Part shown: positions 9,027 to 16,746 of the stretch, piece after piece
How positions within the stretch are numbered: position 1 is the stretch's first letter
Layout: every line of letters begins with the position of its first letter
From: an uncultured Treponemataceae bacterium
GTDB lineage: Bacteria; Spirochaetota; Spirochaetia; Treponematales; Treponemataceae
NCBI GenBank assembly: GCA_964470435.1
Contig: CAYYCW010000001.1
Location: 1 to 37,026, forward strand
Direction: 5' to 3'
DNA: 37,026 bases
The notes under the pieces: generated by a model
Databases searched by the model: none
What the model was told of the DNA's origin: nothing
The model's input: the letters and a program-made list of their open reading frames with translations, nothing else
Made by a program: the position numbers and the translations under genes

Positions 9027-9929
9027 ATGCGCCCTGGAAATAAGCAAAAACAAGCTCCACTTGGCTGTCTTTTTTGGATTGCGTTTATCCTTCTTATGTT
9101 TTTGCTTTTTTTTATAAATAAAGACAGAATCACAAACGCTGTGCGCTCCTTTCAGGAGTCAGGCTTTTTTGCGCGCATGGAAAGCCCCCAGCCTGCACAG
9201 CCTTTAAGGCCGGCACCTGCAGAAAGCGCGAGCGGCCATGAAAGCAAAAGACCTTTAATAGAAATAATTTCACCTACAGAAGAAGATGCACGACAGACAA
9301 GGGTAAACGTTCCACCTCAAGAAGAAAGAAGAGCGCCTAATATAGAAGATGAAGCGCCCGCGCCAAGCCCTGCCTTGCCTAGCACGCTTGGAGAAGCGGC
9401 TCCTGCTATTGCAGCACCTGAAAGCCCACGCCATGCGCAAGAAAGGCAAATTGAAGGCAGGTCACCTAGCAGCGAGACAGCTCCCGCGCAGCAAGCGGCT
9501 GCTCCAACACGGCAGCAACGCCTTTATTTTGTTTCAATAGACAGGGATGGCACGGTGGTGCGCCAAGAAGTCCTAAAGGATATTCCAAGGTCGAACTCAC
9601 CGCTTGCTGACTCAATAACTGCCTTATTTGCAGGGCCAACAGAAGCTGAACGCCAAAAAGGAATTATAAGCCTAATCCCCGCGGGCACAAGGCTTATTTC
9701 TGCCTTTGTAAAGGACGGCGTTGCAACGCTAAACATAAGCGAGGAGTTTCGCTTTAGCCCCTTTGGTGTTGAGGGGGCAATAGCCCAGCTAGCACAGGTG
9801 GTTTTTACGGCTACAACCTTTCCAACAGTAGATTCAGTGCAAATTTTAATTGAAGGGCAAACCCTAAACTATTTAGGCGCGGAAGGTGTTTGGATAGGCA
9901 CGCCCCTTGCCCGCAAGGATTTTTTCTAG
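9027..9929 (+). CDS. GerMN-domain protein with an N-terminal TM anchor and a Pro/Ala/Glu-rich linker
   Basis: The C-terminal ~140 aa (LYFVSIDRDGTVV...LADSITALFAGPTEAE...ATLNISEEF...VVFTATTFPTVDSVQILIEG) fit the GerMN domain. The track start at 8991 is a TTG; I prefer the ATG at 9027. Confidence 0.7.
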   Translation: MRPGNKQKQAPLGCLFWIAFILLMFLLFFINKDRITNAVRSFQESGFFARMESPQPAQPLRPAPAESASGHESKRPLIEIISPTEEDARQTRVNVPPQEERRAPNIEDEAPAPSPALPSTLGEAAPAIAAPESPRHAQERQIEGRSPSSETAPAQQAAAPTRQQRLYFVSIDRDGTVVRQEVLKDIPRSNSPLADSITALFAGPTEAERQKGIISLIPAGTRLISAFVKDGVATLNISEEFRFSPFGVEGAIAQLAQVVFTATTFPTVDSVQILIEGQTLNYLGAEGVWIGTPLARKDFF

Positions 9930-9931
9930 AA

Positions 9932-9987
9932 GTTATAAGTTATAAGCTAATAGCCTTTAGCTTGTAGCTGTTAACTGATAGCCGTTA
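9932..9987. repeat. Degenerate heptanucleotide tandem array (8 units, consensus about GCTNTWA)
   Basis: The units read GTTATAA GTTATAA GCTAATA GCCTTTA GCTTGTA GCTGTTA ACTGATA GCCGTTA, starting 3 nt after the GerMN stop. Confidence 0.6.
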
Positions 9988-10038
9988 ACTTTTCACAAAA
10001 CTAACAAACCTTTTCCCATCAACAAAAAAACTTTATCC

Positions 10039-10067
10039 TTGTAAAGGCTAGTATTCTGCAATATAAT
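10039..10067 (+). promoter_or_regulatory. Putative sigma70-type promoter of pfp
   Basis: TTGTAA (10039-10044), a 17-nt spacer, then TATAAT (10062-10067). A GGAG RBS sits before the ATG at 10100. Confidence 0.45.
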
Positions 10068-10099
10068 CTTTAATTACTGAAACTTATGCGGAGAAAAAG

Positions 10100-11755
10100 A
10101 TGACAATATCCCCCCTTCAGCAAAGCCGCTATAGCTACAAGCCAAAGCTGCCAAGCATTTTTCTTGAAAACTTGGAAAACATCGCCATTGTTGAGTCTGG
10201 CTCTACAGAATCCGTTGGCGACAGGGAAGAACTGAAAGCCCTTTTTGCAAACACTTACGGCAAGCCGTTAGTTTCCTTTCAAAAGGGGAGCAATCCAAAC
10301 ATAAAAAGAGAGCTTGCTGTCGGCGTAATCCTTTCAGGGGGGCAGGCGCCAGGCGGCCACAATGTGATTGCAGGCCTTTTTGACGGCTTAAAGCGGGGAA
10401 ACGAAGCTTCAAGGCTTTTTGGCTTTCTTGGCGGGCCTTCAGGCTTTATAGAGGGGACGCATATTGAAATAACTTCTAGCCTTGTTGACAAATACAGGAA
10501 CACAGGCGGCTTTGATATCATTGGCTCAGGCAGGACAAAGATAGAAACTGATGCCCAAATTGCCGCTTCAATGGAAACTGCAAAAAAGATGAACCTTGAC
10601 GCGGTTGTAATTATAGGAGGGGACGATTCTAATACAAACGCTGCGCTCCTTGCAGAGCACTTTATCAATGCCAATATTAAAACGCAGGTTATAGGCGTGC
10701 CCAAAACCATAGACGGCGATTTAAAGAATAACATGATTGAAATTTCCTTTGGCTTTGACACAGCTGCTAAAACCTATTCCGAGCTTATCGGAAACATTGA
10801 GCGCGATGTCAATAGCGCAAAGAAGTACTGGCACTTTATTAAGCTTATGGGAAGGAGCGCAAGCCACATTGCCCTTGAATGCGCGCTGCAAACTCAGCCT
10901 AATATTTGCCTAATTTCTGAAGAAGTTGCAGAAAAAAAGATGACTCTTCGCCAAATTAGAGATGAAATTTGCGAAGTGATTATAGCTCGCGCCGAGCAGG
11001 GTGAAAACTTTGGCGTAATCCTTATTCCTGAAGGTGTTATAGAATTTGTACCTGAAATGCAGGCACTAATCGCTGAGCTTAACGATATTATCGCTACAAA
11101 GGCTGATGTGTTTAATGAGCTTCCGAACTTTGAAGCGCAAAAGCAGTGGCTTTTGCACAACATGAATAGCTCATCCGCCGTAACATTTGCAGCCTTGCCT
11201 GAAGATATAGCAAAGCAGTTTCTTATGGAGCGTGATCCGCATGGCAATGTGCAGGTTTCGCGCATTGAAACGGAAAAGCTCATTCTTAGTCTTGTTGAAA
11301 TAAAGCTTAAAAGAATGGCAAAGGATGGAAAGTACAAGGGCAAGTTTAGCTCGTACTGTCATTTCTTTGGGTATGAGGGGAGGAGTGCCTTTCCGTCTAA
11401 CTTTGATGCCGACTATTGCTATTCTTTGGGCTTTACAGCCTTTGTCCTTGCGGCGTCGGGGCTTACAGGCTACCTTTCTTCTGTAAGGAATTTGACAGCG
11501 CCTGCAAGTGAATGGGTTGCGGGCGGCGTACCGCTTACAATGATGATGGACATGGAAAAAAGAAGCGGCGTTCAAAAGCCTGTAATTAAAAAAGCCCTTG
11601 TAGACCTTAATGGCAAGCCCTTTAAGGCTCTTGAAGAAGGTCGCAAGGTTTGGGCTACAAAGACAAGCTATGTGTATCCAGGTGCTATTCAGTATTTGGG
11701 TCCTGATGAGCTTTGCAACCGCATAACGCATACTCTTATGCTAGAAAAGGGCTGA
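10100..11755 (+). CDS. pfp: Pyrophosphate-dependent phosphofructokinase (diphosphate--fructose-6-phosphate 1-phosphotransferase, long ~550-aa type)
   Basis: [36 protein letters not shown] and [11 protein letters not shown] are the PFK family A motifs. The Asp in GGDDS and the length are typical of PPi-PFK. Confidence 0.9.
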   Translation: MTISPLQQSRYSYKPKLPSIFLENLENIAIVESGSTESVGDREELKALFANTYGKPLVSFQKGSNPNIKRELAVGVILSGGQAPGGHNVIAGLFDGLKRGNEASRLFGFLGGPSGFIEGTHIEITSSLVDKYRNTGGFDIIGSGRTKIETDAQIAASMETAKKMNLDAVVIIGGDDSNTNAALLAEHFINANIKTQVIGVPKTIDGDLKNNMIEISFGFDTAAKTYSELIGNIERDVNSAKKYWHFIKLMGRSASHIALECALQTQPNICLISEEVAEKKMTLRQIRDEICEVIIARAEQGENFGVILIPEGVIEFVPEMQALIAELNDIIATKADVFNELPNFEAQKQWLLHNMNSSSAVTFAALPEDIAKQFLMERDPHGNVQVSRIETEKLILSLVEIKLKRMAKDGKYKGKFSSYCHFFGYEGRSAFPSNFDADYCYSLGFTAFVLAASGLTGYLSSVRNLTAPASEWVAGGVPLTMMMDMEKRSGVQKPVIKKALVDLNGKPFKALEEGRKVWATKTSYVYPGAIQYLGPDELCNRITHTLMLEKG

Positions 11756-11781
11756 TTTTACCCTTTTGCTAACTTCGCTGT

Positions 11782-12465
11782 ATGATTAAAGAAACTGATA
11801 CTTTTCCCTGCGTTGAAAAGGCGGGAAAGGGTATTTTTTACTCCCTTTATAAAAAAGAGCTTGAGCAAATTGCTTGCAATGTAGCCAATGGCGGACTCGC
11901 GCCTAGCATTCTACTTCATTCTTGTTGTGGGCCATGCAGCTCTTCTGTAATAAGTCGCCTTGCTAATACTTTTAGGGTAACAGTGTTCTACTATAACCCA
12001 AACATAGATACAGACGCGGAATACGCGCGTCGAGCGGAAAGCCAGCGCAAGATAATTGATGCCTTTAACGCTTCAAAAGAGGCTAAATTTCCTGTCAATT
12101 ACATAGAAGAAACCTACGATAACGTCCCTTTTTATGAGGCGGCGCGCGGTCTTGAAAACGAAAAAGAAGGCGGAGCAAGATGCGAGGCGTGCTTTGCCCT
12201 TCGCCTTAAAAGGGTAGCAAAAGAGGCTGCACAAATGCGCGCTGACTATTTTTGCACAACGCTTACAGTAAGCCCAATGAAAAACGCAAGCATAATAAAC
12301 CGCTTAGGCTTTGAAGCGGGCAAGACGGAAAGCGTTAAGTGGCTGTGGTCTGACTTTAAAAAAGAAGCAGGATATTCCCTTTCAGTGAGCCTTTCAAAAG
12401 AGCATAACCTTTACCGCCAAGATTATTGCGGTTGCGCCTTTTCTAAAAGGGAAAGGCTAAAATGA
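11782..12465 (+). CDS. queH: Epoxyqueuosine reductase QueH (DUF208)
   Basis: The Cys motifs LLHSCCGPCSS, CEACFALRL and YRQDYCGCAFS are the QueH signature. Confidence 0.85.
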   Translation: MIKETDTFPCVEKAGKGIFYSLYKKELEQIACNVANGGLAPSILLHSCCGPCSSSVISRLANTFRVTVFYYNPNIDTDAEYARRAESQRKIIDAFNASKEAKFPVNYIEETYDNVPFYEAARGLENEKEGGARCEACFALRLKRVAKEAAQMRADYFCTTLTVSPMKNASIINRLGFEAGKTESVKWLWSDFKKEAGYSLSVSLSKEHNLYRQDYCGCAFSKRERLK

Positions 12466-13373
12466 AGCAAAGCTTTTTTCGCGCCCGAAACAAAAGGCGT
12501 TTAAGCCTTTTGTTTGCTGCCTCCTTTCTTTTAGCTTTAGCAGTTGCGTTATTTTCCTCTTGTGCCAGCTTAGGCGAGCTAGATGAGCAAGATGCAAGCT
12601 TGCACATAGAAGAAGTACTTGCGGCTGCCAAATCTGCCCAGTGGGAAGAGCTTGCAGCGGGCATTTGGAGCGCTGAATTGCCTAATGCCACCTGCGGCAC
12701 AGAGTTTGCGGCCATTAAAATAAGGCTTAAAAGCGTTTCTATAGTAGCTTCCCTCCCTGAAGGAAAAGAAGAGAACAGAGCATCCTTTAAGGGTGAGTTT
12801 GCCGCTGACTTTGCCGCAAGAACAGGGTCGACTGTTGCTATAAACATGACGCCTTTTGCAAAAAAGGGAGATAAGATGTTCCCCACAGGCATTTACATAA
12901 ACGGTGGCACTCTGATTTCTCCTTCAAGCAAAAGATACGCTGCTATTTTCTTTTTTAAGGACGGAAGGGCAGCCATTGCACCCTTTCAAGATGAAAGCAT
13001 TCAGCCGCTTACTAAAAATGCGGAATTTGCCTTTGGCGGCTTTTGGCAGGTTTTGGATAATGGCGAGCTTGTTGACTTTCCAAATATTAGGAACTCCCGC
13101 ATGGTGCTTGGCTTGGATAGAGCGGGCGAAACGCTTTTTATACTTGCTGCCGTAAAGTCTTCGCTTTTGGGCAGTGGCTCTGGCATTTCATTTACTGAAG
13201 GCGCTGCTTTAATAAAGGCGCTAGGAGCTGCAAGCGCTATCCAAATGGACGGCGGCTCTTCCACCTGCCTTGCAGTAAATGGCAAGCAAATCCTTCCTTC
13301 AAAGCGATTTTTCTTTATACGAAAGAATAAAAAAACAGCCGTGAACGCTGGCTTTATTGGTAGAAGTTTTTAG
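12462..13373 (+). CDS. Phosphodiester glycosidase family (DUF2233/NAGPA-like) lipoprotein
   Basis: It has a lipobox (LFSSCAS) and the C-terminal ISFTEGAALIKALGAASAIQMDGGSSTCLAVNG typical of the family. The start overlaps the queH stop (ATGA). Confidence 0.7.
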   Translation: MKQSFFRARNKRRLSLLFAASFLLALAVALFSSCASLGELDEQDASLHIEEVLAAAKSAQWEELAAGIWSAELPNATCGTEFAAIKIRLKSVSIVASLPEGKEENRASFKGEFAADFAARTGSTVAINMTPFAKKGDKMFPTGIYINGGTLISPSSKRYAAIFFFKDGRAAIAPFQDESIQPLTKNAEFAFGGFWQVLDNGELVDFPNIRNSRMVLGLDRAGETLFILAAVKSSLLGSGSGISFTEGAALIKALGAASAIQMDGGSSTCLAVNGKQILPSKRFFFIRKNKKTAVNAGFIGRSF

Positions 13374-13407
13374 CTATTAGCTCTGAGCACTGGATATATA
13401 GCATATA
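13373..13407. repeat. Degenerate heptad array (5 units) overlapping and following the stop codon of the 12462-13373 gene
   Basis: The units read GCTATTA GCTCTGA GCACTGG ATATATA GCATATA. The first unit starts on the final base of the stop codon. Confidence 0.45.
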
Positions 13408-13410
13408 CGC

Positions 13411-13545
13411 TATGTTAGGGGTATCTCATAGACTATGAGAGTGGGCTCCGCTTGAAGCTTGCCTGCCTGCAGCGAGCTGCTCTGCGAGGCGAGCGCAAGG
13501 GAGCCTTGCAGAGCTTGACTGCGAGTTCATAGCTTATGTTAGGGG
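13411..13545. repeat. GC-rich, multiply self-complementary 113-nt block flanked by 11-nt direct repeats (TATGTTAGGGG)
   Basis: The direct repeats sit at 13411-13421 and 13535-13545. Inside them are the inverted pairs CTCATAG/CTATGAG (13425-13431, 13433-13439), GGCTCC/GGAGCC (13444-13449, 13500-13505), GCAGC/GCTGC (13469-13473, 13476-13480) and GCTCTGC/GCAGAGC (13479-13485, 13508-13514). Confidence 0.5.
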
Positions 13546-13575
13546 GCTAACATAACTATAAGCTCTTAATACACT

Positions 13576-14010
13576 CTAGGATTTTTTAAGCGTTAATTGC
13601 GTGTTGGGTGGCAGCACCATTTCTAATAGACTTGGGCTTACTGAAGCGACTGTGGCTGCAATCGTGCTGCTGCCGTCATAGCTGGCATCATTCAATGTTA
13701 TGGAGGCATCCTCTTCCGCATAGGTGCTTGTTATGGTAAGTGTTGAGCCGCTTATTGTGTATGTGCCTGATATTTTGGCAGAGCTTACAATGGGGACATT
13801 CGTCAAGTTAACCATTACATTGGAGGCGTCGGCAAACTCAATTTCGCAATCTATTGTGCTACCCGAGAACGTGTAATAGGTAGTCCATGTGGTGCCCGCA
13901 AGTTCAACTGCAGAGGCAAAATCCTCCTATGTGTTGTTAGAGCAGGCAACAACGAATACAAGCGCGAATGCCGCAAGAAGCGCCGCCAAGGGTTTTAAGT
14001 GCTTTTTCAT
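13576..14010 (-). pseudogene. Small (144-codon) lipoprotein gene interrupted by a single in-frame TAG at codon 28 (13929-13927)
   Basis: My translation from the ATG at 14010 gives MKKHLKPLAALLAAFALVFVVACSNNT*EDFASAVELAGTTWTTYYTFSGSTIDCEIEFADASNVM.... This is the same frame as track ORF 13576-13815. The signal peptide and lipobox Cys are intact and there is no other defect. Confidence 0.6.
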
Positions 14011-14177
14011 GCAAAGCCCCCAAAAAAATATTTAAAGGAAGAGATGCACGCCCTATAGTATCTTAAGCTTTGCCCTTTACCCGCCGCTGTGTTACAGTAT
14101 TACGAAATGCCTACAACTCATCCTAACAATATAATAATCGGAAAATCTTTGTTTTATCAATCAGAGCTTGGGAAAAA

Positions 14178-14205
14178 GCTATTAGCATGTAGCCTATAAC
14201 ATTAG
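14178..14205. repeat. Degenerate heptad array (4 units)
   Basis: The units read GCTATTA GCATGTA GCCTATA ACATTAG. A further GCTAA GCTCTAA GC lies at 14237-14250. Confidence 0.4.
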
Positions 14206-14294
14206 GAAAAAGCAAGGAGTCAGCAATACGCTAACAGCTAAGCTCTAAGCGACTTACCCATATTAAAAAATTGTATATCTATTTAACTTTTAGG

Positions 14295-14323
14295 TTGACC
14301 GCATTAAACAGAAGTTGTATTCT
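14295..14323 (+). promoter_or_regulatory. Putative sigma70-type promoter of the HATPase-HDOD gene
   Basis: TTGACC (14295-14300), a 17-nt spacer, then TATTCT (14318-14323). Confidence 0.35.
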
Positions 14324-14331
14324 AAATATAA

Positions 14332-14358
14332 AGAAGAGAAAAAGGCTCTCTTCTTTTT
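14332..14358 (+). terminator. Terminator-like hairpin plus U-run inside the predicted 5' leader of the HDOD gene
   Basis: AGAAGAGA (14332-14339), loop AAAAGGC, TCTCTTCT (14347-14354), then TTTT. The element ends 18 nt before the start codon. No upstream co-directional gene exists for it to terminate. Confidence 0.3.
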
Positions 14359-14376
14359 CTATATCGATATTAACCT

Positions 14377-15900
14377 ATGAGTCACAATATTTCCATAGAT
14401 TCCAGTAAAATTAAAAATGCTGTAAACATGGGACTGCCCGTTTCAATTAAAACGCACTCATTTCAGCGCAGTTTTTCAAAATATGCTGACCTTGTTCTTG
14501 CTGAGTTTTTGCAGGCGTTGCAGCATCCTGAAATGCAAGATTTTCTTTCATATGTAATAAACGAGCTTGCTACAAACGCAAAAAAAGCAAATACAAAGCG
14601 GGTTTATTTTTTGCAGAAAAATCTAGATGTTAATGACGAAGCCGACTACGATAAGGGAATGCGCCTTTTTAAGGCGGACATGCTTGCAAACCTCAATTAT
14701 TACCTTAAGCTGCAAAAAGAAACAGGGCTTTATATTAAAATTATACTGTGTCGTTCTGGCAATGACTTAGTTATTGAGGTACGCAACAATACAGAGCTTA
14801 CAAAAACCGAATTTAAGCGCATATTTGACAAGCTTGCGCGTTCCCGCAAATACACAGCTCTTGAGGATGTGCTTCCTGAAGCAGTTGACGATAGCGAAGG
14901 CTCAGGGCTTGGTATACTAATATCCCTTATCATGCTTAGAAAAATAGGAATGCCTGATGACAATTTCTTTGTGCTTGTTGAAAACGGTGAAACAATTGTG
15001 CGCCTTGTTATTCCTATTGGGGAGCAGATCGCGGATGTTGACGTGCCAAAATTAAGCAAGCAGATTGCAAGCTTTATTAAAAATGTGCCTCAGTTTCCTG
15101 ACAATATTATGCGAATTAAACAGCTGTTAGATGACCCTGACGTTGATATGATTGATATTGCTGTAAACATTGCAAGCGATGTTGCTCTTTCCACCGACCT
15201 TCTAAAGCTTGTTAATTCTGCAGCCTTCGGGCTTAGGCGTAAAATTGTAAGCATTCCATACGCTGTTAACCTTGTAGGAATTCGAGGGATAAGAAATCTT
15301 CTTTATTCCATTGGTATTATGCATGTGTTGGAGGCTACAACTGACCAACAAAGCGAGCTTTGGGCGCTTTCGTATAAGTCTGCCTTTTACGCGGGATGGA
15401 TTGCTAGCAATAAAATAAAAAATGCTGCAGTAATTGATGCAGCCTATGTTTGCGGACTGTTGCGTTGTCTTGGCAAAATTGTCCTTGAGTTTGTCTACCC
15501 TAGCTCAGAGCTTCATAACCAAATATTAAAGCTAAAAGATTCTAGAAATATTCCTGACAATATCTTTAATATTTTAACTTCAGAAGTCAATCATCCTTAC
15601 ATCGGCGCGGCGTTAGCTGAAAAATGGAATTTGCCTGCACCCATTATAAATGCTATACGCTTTCAGCACAATTACAAAAAGGCACCAGAAGAGTTTAGAA
15701 GCCTTGCAGCGCTTATTTCTTTTGTTAACTTCATAATTAAATATCAGGATGGCGACATGACGTTTGACCAGATTAACCCTGAATTTCTTGAAATGTTTTC
15801 CATATCAGATGAGGCTCAATTTAAGAAAATGTGTGATAACCTTGGAAAGGAGTTTGCACAAAGCTTTGAGGCGGCTAGAAACGTTAATCAAGCCGAATAA
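14377..15900 (+). CDS. Fusion protein: N-terminal histidine-kinase-like ATPase (GHKL, anti-sigma/RsbW-like) plus C-terminal HDOD domain
   Basis: It has an N-box-like INELATNAKKAN and a G2-box-like DDSEGSGLGILISLIML. The HDOD signature is STDLLKLVNSAAFGLRRKIVSIPYAVNLVGIRGIRNLL...GLLRCLGKIVL. No Shine-Dalgarno sequence precedes the ATG. Confidence 0.8.
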   Translation: MSHNISIDSSKIKNAVNMGLPVSIKTHSFQRSFSKYADLVLAEFLQALQHPEMQDFLSYVINELATNAKKANTKRVYFLQKNLDVNDEADYDKGMRLFKADMLANLNYYLKLQKETGLYIKIILCRSGNDLVIEVRNNTELTKTEFKRIFDKLARSRKYTALEDVLPEAVDDSEGSGLGILISLIMLRKIGMPDDNFFVLVENGETIVRLVIPIGEQIADVDVPKLSKQIASFIKNVPQFPDNIMRIKQLLDDPDVDMIDIAVNIASDVALSTDLLKLVNSAAFGLRRKIVSIPYAVNLVGIRGIRNLLYSIGIMHVLEATTDQQSELWALSYKSAFYAGWIASNKIKNAAVIDAAYVCGLLRCLGKIVLEFVYPSSELHNQILKLKDSRNIPDNIFNILTSEVNHPYIGAALAEKWNLPAPIINAIRFQHNYKKAPEEFRSLAALISFVNFIIKYQDGDMTFDQINPEFLEMFSISDEAQFKKMCDNLGKEFAQSFEAARNVNQAE

Positions 15901-15915
15901 GGCTATAACGCATAA

Positions 15916-16746
15916 CTAAGGCATTAACGGTAAGCTTTGTGTCCAAGCTTGCATAAGTATTCCGAATGCCACGCCCACATTAAGCGAAGCTTTTATGCCG
16001 CAAAGTTGGATTGAAACGCGGCTAGAAGCTTTTTCTAGTGCTTCGGGGCTTACACCCAGCTCCTCTGAGCCTATAATTGCAATTCCTTCTTTAGGAAAGC
16101 TGAACTTCTCTAGCGGAGTGCCGCCTGTTTCAAGCGCGAAAAGGGTAAAGCCTTCGGGCAGTTGTTCAAGCGTTTTACGCTCCCAAGGCAAAAAGTCAAT
16201 GCTTCCCATGCCTGAGCGCCTTGCGCGTGGGTGTTCAGCGGGCGCGCAGCCAGGCGCAAGATAAAGCCTTTCTACGCCAAAGGCTTCCGCTGTCCTAAAT
16301 ATGGAGCCTACGTTAAACGGGGAGCGAATGTCTTCTAAAAACACTCTAATCCCTTTATGGCAAAATCTTTGCGCAAGCCCATGCGCTTGGCTGCCGCGTT
16401 CAGGGTGTATAAGGTCCCATTCCGCAGGAAAAGTCCCCGCAGCTTTAAGCATAATGTTCCTTGTGGTGTTGCAAAGCCTTAGCCGCAATTCAGCAGTTGG
16501 CGGATCTTCGGGATGTCCTCTAAGCTTGTCGCTCAATAGCTCAATTTGCGTCTTGTCTTCTTCTGAAATTTTAGTGTCTAAAGCTGCAAGGCGGCAGAGC
16601 TCAAGCAGCTCGCCATCCACCATGCGCTCGTCGTCGCTAGAGTTGCTGCCGTTAAGTAAGGCGCGCTCTAGGCTTGCAAGCAAAAGAATGATTTTCCTGC
16701 GCCGCTGGCTAGGCGAAAGCTCAGCCAGCTTTTTAGCCGAAAACAT
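15916..16746 (-). CDS. TrmH/SpoU-family RNA 2'-O-methyltransferase
   Basis: IRVFLEDIRSPFNVGSIFRTAEAFGVERLYL, IIGSEELGVS and SLNVGVAFGILM are SpoU motifs 1-3. The track start at 16923 runs through the SDR gene. I prefer the ATG at 16746, which overlaps the SDR stop by 14 nt. Confidence 0.8.
   Translation of the reverse strand: MFSAKKLAELSPSQRRRKIILLLASLERALLNGSNSSDDERMVDGELLELCRLAALDTKISEEDKTQIELLSDKLRGHPEDPPTAELRLRLCNTTRNIMLKAAGTFPAEWDLIHPERGSQAHGLAQRFCHKGIRVFLEDIRSPFNVGSIFRTAEAFGVERLYLAPGCAPAEHPRARRSGMGSIDFLPWERKTLEQLPEGFTLFALETGGTPLEKFSFPKEGIAIIGSEELGVSPEALEKASSRVSIQLCGIKASLNVGVAFGILMQAWTQSLPLMP

Noticed and set aside
13491-13509. Shared GAGCGCAAGG 10-mer and inverted AAGGGAGCCTTGC 13-mer between 4017-4033 and 13491-13509, as evidence for a repeat family.
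   Set aside because: A 13-mer match is expected roughly 20 times by chance among all position pairs on both strands of 37 kb. It is only marginally suggestive when restricted to intergenic DNA. I keep it as a caveat, not a claim.
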